Below the pieces are notes generated by a model. It saw only the letters and a program-made list of their open reading frames with translations. It was not told where the DNA came from and ran no database searches. A stretch of 64,000 nt of DNA from Podarcis liolepis. Taxonomy: Eukaryota. Location: assembly GCA_965112155.1 (NCBI GenBank), contig OZ218099.1; one strand, given 5' to 3'. Numbering within the stretch: position 1 is the first letter of the stretch; each line of letters opens with the position of its first letter. Below, piece after piece: positions 1-13,101 of the stretch. Made by a program: the position numbers and the translations under genes.

Positions 1-1936
1 TGTGTGATTCCTCAGATTCTGCAGGAATATTGGATTCCACTTTTCAGGTTATATGTTCCTAGACGCTTGGAACAGAACTATACCTCTGATGCAAGAGCCT
101 CAATCCTCTTTGTACACTTGCTTATGTTCCCTTCATACGGTTGGTTCATAAACTAGGGATTAGCTAGTTACGTTCTGGAAAATACTGGAGCCTGCTCTAC
201 TTTCACAGTTCTGAGCATGTGCAAGAGCATGAGATTGCAACACTCATTCTCTCCTGGAGTAGATAAGTTTAGACCACCTGCCACATGGCCCTGTTCCAGC
301 TTTCTTGTGGAAAATAAGTTGTGGTTCTGCTTGAGATGGGTGTTTTCTCTTGGAGCGGTTGGAACTTCCTGGGAGCATCACAACCTGTGCTTTCTCAAGG
401 AGCTGTAAGGCTAGTGGCAGTTTGGTATCTTTGGATAGAGAAGGAAATATTCACATGGCATTGGGCAGAGCTGCCACAGTACCTGCTATGTAGTTAATAA
501 ACAGTTGCTGTCTCCACCCAGGGTTCATCAGCTTCTCAGTCCTGGAGGAAGTGACTGTGTATTATCACAAGATGATCTGAGGGAGTCCCTGCCCTTTTAA
601 AAACAGCACAACACTGCAGTGTTTGTTTTTAATGTGAAGGTTTGCTGTTGCAGTTCTTTAAGCAGCTTTAAAACAGAAATTTGTTCACCATTACCTAAAT
701 ACCCTGTGAAACAGTATTCAGAACCTCTCCAGGCCAGTACTGGCCTGCTTCGGTTTCAGAAGCAGTCAAAGTCTGTTCTCCTTAGCAATACTCTCCCTTG
801 TTCTGTTCTCCTCCCCCTTTTCTACTTCTCTTCAGGAGGCTACACTTCCTGATAGGTTCCTTGTATCATAAATAACGTGTAACCTCTCTCCATGCTTAAT
901 CCAGAGTGATTCTGCTGCACACTTCCAGTACAAACATGCACAGGCAACGTCTCACACTAGGCTTGTAGTTCTGGGCATTCTCCACTCTTGCAAGGCAAAA
1001 CCTGCAAGGAAAGGAATGCTTCCACCCTGTTGCAGTGCAATACAGGCAGTCTGTCTAGGAACCATGGATCAGGGAAGAGAGAGACTCAGGGTGCTTATTA
1101 CTTGCAGGTTTGTGTGAAGAAGGCTCTTATTCCTTGGACTAGATGTGTGGGATATTTGGTGATCCAGAAGCACTATTCCTTTTTCTAAACTGCTTCCAGA
1201 AGTATAACTTTGCTTGGTGAGGTGGGGTTATACCTCCTTCCAAGGTATTTGACAATTGCTTCTGCTGGAAACAGGATGCCAGACTGGTTAGGCTACTGTT
1301 TGCATCCACCATGAGTCAATTAAATATATAAGTGTAATTATGAGTCACAATCCTCAGGAAAAATAGCTGCAGGTTCAGCACTGGAGCAGAATGGAGCAGG
1401 GTGAGCATTGTATGTACATAGTTTAGGGCTGTGGTGGATCCCAAGGCTGGAAGGTCGTGAGACAGGGAAGTTAAAACATGCTGAACACAAAGTTGGGCTT
1501 CTTACTCCTCAGAGGTACATGGTCTTCTCTACTCAGAGGCCTGACAGTGGAGATTTTCCCACATGCTTAAAAGGCACATGATACATGTGGCAAAATACCA
1601 AGGAATTGGTCTTGGCACACTAGTTGTCTAACAGGTGTTAAAAAAACATCAATGAAAATGATTCTTCCATTGGCTTGCTTTATTATGAGCTTCACTCTTT
1701 CTCTCACCAACTTGCTTCCTTCCCTGTAGAAATGCTGACAGTTGTCCATCATAAAGGTATGATTGTGAAGCTAGAATGGATGGGTGAACCTCGGTCAGCT
1801 TAGAATTAGAGCCTGCCTCTATTGCTGTATAGTTTGTTACTTGATTTCTGGACACAATGTCTTCTTGAGGTGGGAAGTGTCAGGAAATGGTTGGGTCTGT
1901 ATTTACATCTTGACTGTTCCCATCTGTTGTTGGCAG

Positions 1937-2117
1937 AGAATCAAGGAAGGGAGTGTTATTGACCGGATCCAAGTCATCAATGTGGGGGACATGATCGAGT
2001 CTATCAATGGACAGAGTCTTATCGGCTGCCGGCATTATGAGGTCGCTAAAATGCTCAAGGACCTGCCCAAAGGCCGCACTTTTACACTGAAGCTTACTGA
2101 GCCTCGGAAGGCTTTTG
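1937..2117 (+). CDS. GIPC1: GIPC PDZ domain-containing protein 1, internal coding exon (C-terminal half of PDZ domain); gene begins upstream of window
   Basis: tggcAG|AGA acceptor and TTTG|GTAAGT donor. The 181 nt encode [60 protein letters not shown], matching the GIPC PDZ sequence. The phase-1 end joins the next exon in frame. Confidence 0.96.
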
Positions 2118-3829
2118 GTAAGTATATTCTGCACACTCTGAATTGCTAGGAAGTTGGGGGGGGGGAGATAAAAATACATCATTCAAGAAGTGGGGAGTTG
2201 GCAGCCTGCTGTTTCTCAAAGCAACCGTAGCTGAACTTTATTTTCACAAGACTAGAGGTAATTGAGGTGGCTTTTGCCCTCTTTTAGACTCTGCCCTTCT
2301 GGTTACTAATAGGAGATTCAGTTAGTCCCAGGGGCATGTTTCCATTACAAGCCAATCCACAAGTTAAAGGGGAGGTAAAACTAGGGACTCCATAATTGCT
2401 GGAGGAAAATCTGTGCCTTCCCTTGCTTGAGGAGAGCAATTTCTTAGACTGCCTCTCAGTTATAATAACCTGGGGCGGGACATCTTTTTTGCTCAACATT
2501 CCCTCTTGACCAACCCTCTGTACACCAGCCATGGGCATCACCATCCCACAGACTGTTGCATGTAATCTTCCATGCATGCAGTGCTCAAGCAAAATGTCAA
2601 GGGTACTTCAGCTAACCTGTTGATGTCTTACTTTACAATAAGGTGGCAGGTGCAGATTAGGCATAGAAAATGAAGGTGCAAGCTAATATCTGGCTTTGCC
2701 CTCGGTATTGCATCAAGTTAAAAAGAATTTGATTACCTTTGTACTGGAGCTTTAAAGCCAATTTCCATATCAGATTCCCAGCCAAAAGTAAGGGTATATC
2801 TGACTTCGTTTTCAAGAGCACAGCATGAATAACATTTGTACACTTTGGCTAATGACACAGACTTGTTTTTCGGCTTTCCCTGTGGCAATCAAAGATTCTT
2901 TCAGTGGCATACATTCCAAACACTTTCTTCAGGAACTCACACATTGGAGTAGGAAACAGGATCTAAGTTTCTACATTGCACACGTTTAAGAGTAGAAAAT
3001 TCATCAAAAAGAACCTCTGGTTTCTGTGCACCTTTTATAGGCAGGTTTATAGACTCTTCCTCTAAGGAAGAAGTGTTTTAATACTTGGCAACCACCTGGT
3101 GTAATAGGAGAAGGTTGACAAAGGGTGTGTTTGAATTCTCTGCTTGCAGCAGGCTGGTTTCCTGTTAGCTTCTAAACTGAACTTTGAGCAAAACATGGTT
3201 TACATTTTGCTCATGACATGCAAGACAAAATTGTACGTTTTGCACCCAATACAGACACACAGAGAAGTTTCCATGATGTGTATGAGCCTAGCTGAGGGAA
3301 ACACAGAACCTTTCTTCTATTCAAAATGCAGTTTGTTTGTGTCAAAGAATTAGCGAAGAGGATGGGCTCTGTTTCAGTTGGGAGCAGACTCACCTGAGCT
3401 TAGAATTAAGGGAAGTTTGCCCTCTTGCAGTGTGTGCTATTTTTGAAGGTGTACTCTATGTCTGTCTTCAACTTCCTGAGGACCTTTTTAAAAGAAAAAA
3501 GGGATAAAAGCAATTTTCTATTTCTTATGGATGGGTGGCTATTCTCAATAATGTGTGGATCACACCCGCTGAAATCTAAATCAAGATAGGTGGCAGAATA
3601 AGATTTTGAGTAGCTGGAGAGGACTTTGATGCCCTGCCTCCTCCTCCTCCTCCTCTTCTCTCTTCCTCCCCTTCCCATCCCCTGCCACTCCAAATGACTA
3701 TCAAAACCAGAATACATTGTGCAAGATTGCATTATTTATACAGCCCATTTTTCTTGCCACAGAATTTAAATTGTGTGCATGCAGAATTATTTTTCAAGTA
3801 CTGTGAGTGTATACAGCCCAGAAAACAAG

Positions 3830-5092
3830 TTTATTTATTTAATATATTTTTTATTAAATTTTCAAATTTTGCATTTCAAATTAAACATCTTTTATTATAC
3901 CATACATTCATTGACCTCTCTCTCCTTCCAAGGGTCATTTAACTTATCCACCATTTCTGCATATTTTGATCTATGCCTCTAATTCTATTTTCCTATCTTA
4001 CATTATTTCAATAGATATTATACTGTTGAATTTACTTTAATACTGCCAGTGTTTTCAACTGTGCACAATTGTTTTCAATATACTTTGACAAAAATTTTCC
4101 ACTCCTCTTTAAATACCTGTTCTTCTTGCTCCCTTATTCTACTTATTAGACCTGCTAACTCCATATTCTATCATCATAAGTTGCTAGTCCTCCTTGCTAA
4201 GGACCTCCCTCGCTTTCCATTTTTGGGCTAGCAAAATCCGAGCCACTGTTGTTACATATATACAGTAAAATAATTTTTTCCTGACTCTTGGAAACCTCTG
4301 TCTGAAAAATTCCTAAGAGAAATGCTTCTGTTTCGGGGGGGGGGGGGGAGTTGTTTTGAACATTTTTTTCATCTCATTAAATATAATTTCCCAATATACT
4401 TTTAACTTTTTTGCATGCCCATCACATATGGAAAAAAGGTTCCCTCTACTTCTTTACATTTCCAACACAAATCAGATTTTGCATTATACATCTTAGCCAA
4501 TCTATTCAGAGTTAAATACCATCTATGGATCATTTTCATATAGTTCTCTTTCCGTGTGTAGCATGCAGTAAATTTCAAATCATTCTTCCAAGTTTCTCCC
4601 AGAGGTTTAGTTTTATATTGTACCCTATATCCATTGCCCAATAGGTCATTGACGCTTTAACCACCTCATCTTTTGTTTCCCATTCCAATAATAATTTATA
4701 CATTTTAGACAGTAGTTTTCCCTTATTCAGCAATAACTCTCTTTCAAACTGTGAGCTTTCATCCAAAAAGCCATTTTTCTTATTTGATGATACTGTGCTG
4801 TAACCCAATCAGTAACCTGGCTCTTTACTTCTTCCATTGGTTTCAATCTGGGTTCTCTCCCCGAAAAGTCCAACAAGTCTCAAAAGGACCCCCACTGTCT
4901 ATCCATATTTATTGTCTTAATTGTAATTGCTTTGGTTGGCGATAACCATAAGGGTGTTTTTCTTTCCAACAAATTTTTACATTTCTCCCAGACTCTATAC
5001 AAATTTCTCCCAATGACATGGTTCATGAAACTTTTATATATTTTGGCTTTCCCATCCCAGAGACATGCATGCCAGCCAAATTTCATATCGTG
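3830..5092 (-). mobile_element. L1-clade LINE, 5'-truncated, degenerate ORF2 C-terminus and 3' end
   Basis: Frameshifted - strand fragments FGWHACLWDGK, MYKLLLEWETKDEVVK and the zinc-knuckle region WYLTLNRLAKMY...LCWKCKEVEGTFF. T-rich tail near 3830-3860. Confidence 0.85.
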
Positions 5093-5496
5093 AAATAGGA
5101 TAATGATAAGAAAAGAAGTTTATGGCACTGGTTGACAGTTGTGCTGTAGCGCAGCCAACAGATGGCGCTGGTGCTACAGCACCAGCCTTGCACAGTCTTC
5201 AGCAGGTTGGACATACTATTTTTGTAGAAAGGACTCTTATTCAAATTAGCTGTGGCCTTATGCCCAGGCAGTTGTTAGTAATTGACCTAATTTGCACATT
5301 GGTTTCATGAGCATGGTGAAGGCTCAGGCCACAGCTGAGACATAAATTGCACTGATTTTGTATTAACAAAACAAAACATGGGATACTTTTCAGTAAAGTT
5401 CTTCAGAAAATGAGTAAGTTTGGGCTTCATATTACTTGCCTCCTTTCATCTTTACTTATCTTGAGCAACTACTGTTTTCAAATATCTCTTCCAACT

Positions 5497-6330
5497 ATAT
5501 TATTATTTATTAGGCTTATATCTTCACCTCCCTCCCAAAGGAACCCAGGGTGGCAAATGTGTCGGTAGTGGTGGTGTGGTGTAGTGGTTAAGAGCAATAG
5601 ACTCGTAATCTGGTGAACCGGGTTCACATCTCCGCTCCTCCACATGCAGCTGCTGGGTGACCTTGGGCTAGTCACACTGAAGTCTCTCAGCCTCACTCAC
5701 CTCAGAGAGTGTTTGTTGTGGGGGAGGAAGGGAAAGGAGAATGTTAGCCGCTTTGAGACTCCTTCGGGTAGTGATAAAGCGGGATATCAAATCCAAACTC
5801 CAAACTCTTAAACAATACAGTTAAGAGTTTCTAAAAAATAGTTTAAAACAATCACCTACTCTCGCAGCTCATAATTTCAGGGTTGACACTTTTAGTCATA
5901 AAATGCCTGTGTAAAAAGGAACGTTTCTAAAATTCCTCCTGAAAGTTAATAATGAAGGAGGCAGATGCACCTTCCTAGGGAGGGCATTCCACAAATGAGG
6001 AACCACCACTGAGAAGGCCCCATTACGAGTCTCTGCCAATCCCCACTAGTGACACTGTCAATCGTAGTCTCCATATAGTTGGTAATTGAAGGTGCTTTTT
6101 TTAAGGTACTTGGGTCCCAAGCAGTTTAGGGCTTTGAATGCTAGTATGTTAGACCTGGTAGTTCACACACAGCCCCATGGTCCCATCAGGCTACCCCACT
6201 TACCAACCCAAGAGCCACGTTCTGCATGAGCTGCAGCCTCCAGATCATCTTCAGGGGCTGCCCCACATAGAGCCAAGCAGTTGGTCACCAGAGCATAGCA
6301 GCTTCCTAATAATGGATAGCTGCAGTTTTC
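5497..6330 (-). mobile_element. Old L2-like LINE 3' fragment, interrupted by a SINE
   Basis: (TTAT)n tail and L2-typical GGGAGGGCATTCCACAA...CCACCACTGAGAAGGCCC blocks continuing on both sides of the SINE. Boundaries approximate. Confidence 0.6.
5559..5809 (+). mobile_element. tRNA-derived SINE (Squam3-like, lacertid type)
   Basis: A-box TGGTGTAGTGG, degenerate B-box, core GCTGGGTGACCTTGGGCTAGTCAC, and tail GCCGCTTTGAGACTCCTTCGGGTAGTGATAAAGCGGGATATCAAATCCAAACTC. Confidence 0.85.
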
Positions 6331-9300
6331 TAACAAGCTTGCACAAATGTGGCACAGGAGCTTTGTTAAGCACCTGCGCCATATAATTTACATTGTGGTT
6401 GACGGAGTTTTCACATGTGCAGTTCTGGGATTTGGAATGTGCTGGCAAAACCTGGATATACATTTACTTTAAAATCTCTCTCACATGCATTAACAAAATA
6501 TATACTGCACACAAGTAACTTCACTATTGGGAGAAACCCTCGTTTGAAATTGTGGTGCTGCAGTCTTCTCTCGCCAGCAGAGGTCAGGGTGACACCAGCT
6601 CAATAGCATTCTCTACCCTGAGCCAAATCTCTGCTGGGTGGAAGAAACTCTTTTTACACATCCTCTTCCTAGGCAGGCAGAGAGAGTGGCCCTTGCCATT
6701 TAGTAAGGTGGAATAGCTAGCTTTGGGAGAGCAGAACTGGTATCTGAATGGAGCAGCAATTTTTCTCAGTGTTGGCTCAAGTGAGTGCAGAGTGGGGTGG
6801 GTTTTCCTTCTCTATCCAGAAGCCTTGCTAGGTCTCTTAGAGGAGGGATCCTGCACTTAGTCAGTATAAGATGGGAAGGTTATCCATGATGGGGTGGGAG
6901 AAGCAGGGTAGTCATAAGTGACCCAGAGGAGAACTGAGGAAGTGAGAGGTATGTGGAACAAAACTTGGGGCTGGACTTCCCTGACCCTTGAGAGAAGATG
7001 GGCAGGAAGCTCCATGTTGAATACACAAAGCTCAGTTTTTCATTTTATCTCTGCATGGCGAAGACTCCTGCTCTTAACAACTGTGTTCTGGGTAGGATCC
7101 AGCTCCCTTTTGGTCAGAGCCTTGTGCTGTCATTATATTCCTCTGTGGCTTGTGCATTAGGCTGGTTGCCATACAGGATGTCTTTGAATCCTGATACTAA
7201 GTAACCTCCCTGCGCCTGTAGTGTTCTACTTAGCAGAGAGAGCCTAAGATCACATTGCTGGGTAATAACCGCACCTTGGAGTTCTGTGTCTGCGGTGCAT
7301 CCGCTATGCTTAATGCTTCTTCGTGTTACCCAGAATAAGTCACGAGCAGTTCCAGTTTCTAAATGCATTGCAACCCCTGCTGTGTTTGCAGCACAGCTTA
7401 TCCATCATTTCAGTCTGCCTCTGCCACTGCAAGTTTCTTCCTCCTTGAGTGACTCACCAGACAGTTCTGGGAAGGATGATTTTCCACTTTCCAAGTTATT
7501 CCTTCCTTGGCTGTGGCTGTTGTGTGTGTGTTTGTTCTTCACTTTCATCTCCTCTGCTGGATTAATATTTGTTAGTGCTTCAGGAATGGTCGCACTGATT
7601 CCCTCGTCCCCATCATGCAATACTTGGATGTGAATGATGTTCTTTGCTAAGCTGGCTGGCCAGCGGGGGGTGAGGAGAAGAAACACAGAGAAAGAGAGAA
7701 ACAGAATTAGCACTTTTCCTGTTAATTTTTGGAACCACCAAGTCATCCCAAAATGGGGCTCCATTTATTGCCTAGACACTGGATCATTTTGCAAGCAACC
7801 AATGTTGCTTTTTAACCTGCACAGGTATTTCACAGGTTAGGAGAGCTGAGCTGTGGAATGATTCATTGGTTCCAGAAACAGGGCTTTTGCTTTTGGGATT
7901 TGCCAGTGAGACAGCAACTTGGTTCCAACAACTTGGAACCATAGCGAACAAACCGGTTCTTCCCAGTAAGTCTTGGTGCAAGCCGATACTTGCATAGTTC
8001 CTAAAAGAGCTTCATTTGAATGTCTGTTAGCCCCTCGTCTCAGTCTGCCTTAGGACAGTGACATTTTATTTTCCTCTTCTTTCTTGCTTTGTTGACTGTT
8101 TAGATGAAGAGTTTATGGAGAACTAGAAATTTGACTGCTATCTTGTGATACTTTGCTTGGCCTAATAAAGGTATTGCCTTAATAAGGATTTTGGAATTTT
8201 TCTTCAGTACAGCATTGCTACCTATACTTCTTCGGAGAGAGATATCAGTTACCATTTGAACTCATTTTGTTGTCTGCCTTCACATAACTGTATGAGTTAG
8301 GGCATAAACTCTTTGACAACCAGCCACATGTCCGGAAAATATATATTTTACAATAATAACACCAAAGTATTTTTGCTGCCGATAATAAATCGGCAGCAAA
8401 GTTACTGTCAAGATGGCCTAATAGTATGAATAAGCTCCAGCAAAATTTCATATCCTGACATCTTTATAACTTTCCCCCTAATACTTCTGGGATCTACTTG
8501 TTTTGAATTTAATATTGTAAGAGAAATAAACAGGCCACTGACTAGCATTTTGATGTAAAAATAAAATGGCCATTAAAAAAATTATCCAGGTGCCAATTCC
8601 TGATGCAGTCGAATGTGTTAGCTGGACCCTTGGTTATGGCTTGGTCTACATTGTGGAATTTTTCATTTCTTTACCAATATGTGGGACTATACGGTCCTCA
8701 TGGGCCCACCCTGAAGCAGAGGTCTCTTTCCCAGAAATCCACAAGTGTTCTTTCCACTCATGCCGTAAACCGATTTGAGCTATTGCCTGCTAACTGCCAG
8801 GTTCCATCCTTGAACACTTTCATCAATCTCACATCACATATTTGTTTAGACATTGACCCTTTATGTTGGAGCAATGAAAGAATCTCCTGGAGTAGCACGT
8901 CCCTTGCTCTTTATCTTTCTAGTTGGTCTTTTTGGTAAAGGCCAATGACTGCAGTCCTCCTGCTATAACAGAGATATGATGGAGGGGGCACTGCTAGAAT
9001 TGTCCCTAGGCGAATAAAATTGGGGTTCAGGGTGAAGAGCCTTAGTCTTGGAAAATCAATACTTTCTCTCCATGCCCTCGTTCTGTGTGTGCACTTTGGT
9101 CCTACTGCTTTTCTGTTCCTTTTCATTGGTATTTTAGCTGGCTGGTTAATGCACAGTCTACATTGATGGGCTCCTCTGAATTGCTGTGTGTGTGTCCCCA
9201 CCCCTTTCAGATTAGCTATTTCACTGGCTCTCCTTGCTTTTCAGAATGAAGGTGATGAAAAAGTTGTTGACGTCTGGACACCTAGCCAAGTCTAAAGGCA

Positions 9301-10574
9301 GGGGCCAGCCAAGAATACTATGAGGCTTTGTCGCCCAGTTAGGGTTGTATCATTCCGTGGAATGTCCCCACAATGGAGCTGAAAGGGCAGAGGCAGGAAA
9401 CCTACAAAGAACAGGGCCAGGAACATCTGGGGATAGTACCCAGCTTCTGGCCAAACACATGTCCCTGCCAGACCAGATAGAACAACCGAGCATTTTATGT
9501 GTACTTCTTCTGTCTGTGCATTCCCAGCTCCGCCGTAGGGAGCTGTAAGCAGACTCTCAGCAGTTGAGGAGGCCCATGTAGGGTCTGTGTATAACCTCAT
9601 GCTGGCTGCATGAAGCAGTGGAATTGGACCTGAGTGAATGTTGTTTTTCCCTATTTTGTGTGTGTATGTGTTAGAAACTGATGCTTGTAAATTATGGATA
9701 GGAGAGCAGTCTGTGTAAATCCTTTGCCCTTTACTTCTTAACTGAGAGCACCTCTTCTCTGCGGCCAAGTGTACTTCTCAGGAAGGGAATGCAAAGCAAG
9801 AGCTGCTGCAGCAGAGAAAAACTCATTCTCATGTCTGGCCCCATGTGAAAGCCAGTGGGGCAGTTTGGAGACCACAGCTCCTGTGCAAGTCCTCCCTAGC
9901 ATCATAAAACGCAGGGAGGCAGGATATAGAGAGGTCCCATTGGTAGGTCTGCATCCTGGTCTTTCCTACAGGCAGCATGTCGGTTCTCAAAGTTGGTGTT
10001 CAAGGTTAGCCTTGCCAGCTATTGTCTGTCGCGTGGCTCTTTAATTGTGCCATATGTTCGAGCTCAGCCCAGTGTCTAAGGGCAGTCTGCCGCCAAGATT
10101 ACAGCCTTTTCTGATCTTAAACCTGGCACAGCCGCAGCCCATAATGTGCTAATTTGCACTTGGAGGATAGTGGAATGCTGGAGGGATCTGAGGGTGGGTG
10201 TGCTGGAGGCTTGGAGGAGCCAGGCAGCTGCTGCTGGGGATGGTGCCAGGATGTCGTGAGCAGGCAGTTGTTTTTCTCTGGATTACTGAACTCTGCAAAC
10301 CCCAGCTTGCTGGACATGGGGCTCCTCTGTCCTTGTTAACTAGAGAGTGGTTGCCTAGATTGTACAATTTGTACCATGCCTCCTTGCAGCTCTGACATTG
10401 GGATTATGTGATAAGGCATAGGAGAAGGCTGACTTCACTGATGGCAGGGGCAGAGTATTGGGTTCCTCTTCTTGCAGTTTGCCAATTGATCTGTAGAGCC
10501 TATTCCCAGTGAACATGTCTGTCAATACAATCAAGAAGTGTAGTTTCAGAAAAGCACTGTTAATCTGTCTTGCC

Positions 10575-10765
10575 AGTGCTGTCGCCACCTTAGGGTGGCC
10601 AGGCTTAGGGTGGCCATGAGGAGCCAAGGCCGCTGGAGATGAGGCACCTCAGGAAAATACGTATCAGCCATCTGGCGTTACATGTCTTTAACTGCCCCTG
10701 GAGAAAACTGGTTATAATTACAGACAACACCACAGCTGTGTGCACATAAACAAGGAAGGAGCACA
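10575..10765 (+). mobile_element. Probable DIRS-type retrotransposon RNase H relic
   Basis: Motifs in the expected order: ATLGW, SQGRW, HLALHVF...KLVIITDNTTAV, then frameshifted HINKEG. These resemble DIRS RNase H motifs DASxxGWG / QGxW / LAL...TDNTTAVAYINKQGG. Confidence 0.55.
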
Positions 10766-13060
10766 TGTGTGTGTTGTGGAACAACCTGGCAGGTCCTTGG
10801 GAGCAGTGTATTGAAGCACCGGATGAATCACGTCAGTGTGGCACGAGCACGAAGTGTGCTGATGTATGTGGCAAAAAGGGAGGAGTTACTTTCTTGAAGA
10901 GAAGAATACTGGCCTGTGCAATCTTCCTCTAGTTTTAGAGAAGGATCTCAGTTTGGTGGTAGACCACAAGATTTGCATGCTTGGGCATCTCCAATGAGGG
11001 CTGGGAAGGACCCTTGTTTGCAGCCTTGGAGAACCTCCTCTCAGTCAGCCTAGATCATGGTGAAGAACCAGCAGCCTGCAGTGCAGACGTTTCCAGCAAA
11101 GTCTTTGTGACCACATAGGGGTGTGTGATATTAGAGGAGTTGGTAAGAATGGCTCATTCTGCCTTGCCCATTTATGGCATTTGCCCCCTTGTGTGGCCAT
11201 TAGGAAGAAAAAGTCCCATGAACACAAATTGGATCTTTTTATAAGCCAAATTCCTATACAAGGGAAGAGAGAGAAGCATGGAGTGGAGATGGCTCAGGAG
11301 GGAGATCTACATGACTGAGTATGACTGATCAAAAGTAGGTTTGGCTTTGGCTCTGCCAACATTTGGCTTTGGAATGCAGCCCCACAAGATCACCCAAAGG
11401 CTGGCTATACAGCCTTTGACCTTAAAAAGGCTCCTTGCTCATGGTGTGGACACTTCTGAGCTAGATGGACCAACCTGCTGCCATCTGTATGTTTTGAGCT
11501 GCAGCTCCCATGGCATGAGCCCTGGCCAGTGGTCAGGGATTATGGGAATTGTAGTCCAAAACATGGAGAGCACCTGTTTAGGGAAGGCTGCCATAGAATG
11601 CTGGCCTGGCCTCTCATCCAAATCAGGAATTCCTCTACCTGTCTGGCTGATAGAAGAATGACTGCACAATCTCTCATTATGAATGCAGGCAATTATAGTG
11701 AACTATAGAAAACCTAAGTTGTTCCTTTGTAATTGAAGAGCTAGGAGCATGTAGAAGAGGTGCTAAGCTATTGCTCCAGAGCTGCCTCTCACTGCCTCTT
11801 TTGGAATCTCTATTTCTTACCTGTTAAGTGTCTGAGTTACTGCATTGAAAGTATATGTTGCAATGGCTTCTCACGTCAATAACAAAAGCATTTCTTTCTC
11901 CTCTGGCAATTAACTAAAGTTTTCTATAGAAGTGACTGTTGAAGCCTGTCCTCCAGTTGGAAAGACCCGCTCTAGCCTGGAACATGAATGTAGTCCTCAT
12001 TAAATTAATGGGAGACACTCACACCCTGCTGCCCAAAGCTTGGCCATTTCTTCTTGATTATGCATAATCACACTCGTGCGCGCATCTGCCTTATAAGCTG
12101 GCAGACTAATCGTCATGACAAAGGAAGCCAATGCCTCATCCCAGCGACATTCCTAGCATATTGTGTTCTTCCATTCCCAGCCAGGGCTTTAACCTGCCAG
12201 TTACTTTTCCAGGACCACACACTGGATTGGAGGCTGCCTCCCACCAATTAGTTGTGTTGGGCACCTGACTTCAGAGAACAAAGCAAATTTGAAAGCCTCA
12301 GCACTTGTTTTAATTCCTTTCTCAAAGCTGCCCCCGTGTCATTGCACACTTCTGTTATGACAGAGATTTTAAGCAATGGTTTGAACTAATATGAAGTGAT
12401 TTTTAGTTCCTTTGGGCAGGAAATCTGCGTGGACTTTTGAGCTTATTCAACTAGGCCAGTGTATACCACAGAATATACGGGGGGGGGGGAATAGCTTGGC
12501 AGACGTTTTCCATTTCTAAGCACTACATTCCTGCTGATAGACTCAGATCATATGCTGGGTTTGGGAGGGTATCGCTGCGGTTCTGTATTCTTTTGCACCA
12601 TTCACCACCCTTCCATTAATTGGTTGTGAAAAAGAGTGGTACTTCCATTTCATGAAAGCCTTCCCCAACCTAGTGCCCTCCAGATGTCTTGGACAAAATT
12701 CCCTATTTTCCCCAGCCAGTTTAGTTGGCTAATCCTATTAAGTGCTTCATTAAAGAACCGATGCTTTCCATGTCCCTCCATAAAGTGCCCTGTGTTAATG
12801 TCATCAGATTAGCACATCTGCCATAGATCCTCTGTTCATGTAGTTCAACACAATGTTCTGTAGGCAAAAATGCAAAGTGTCTGAGATAAAATATTATCTT
12901 ATGCATTTCTACTGTAAACTATACAGAAAGGGCCTGCTCTATGCAGTGGCCTTCCTGTTACTGCTTGTAAGTGGCGAGAGTGCTTTGGATAATGTTGCTG
13001 ATTTAAGGAAAAGGCTCCTACGGCTACAGTCTGCTTGGAGGTTAGAGAATAAGTTTACAA

Positions 13061-13101
13061 GAAGAAAGCATCCAGATCAGGGAAGAAAGCATCCAGATCA
13101 G
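13061..13101. repeat. 21-bp-period tandem duplication
   Basis: GAAGAAAGCATCCAGATCAG at 13061-13080 and 13082-13101. Confidence 0.9.

Noticed and set aside
5570-5645. tRNA gene
   Set aside because: The A/B boxes continue into a SINE body and tail; no intact cloverleaf.
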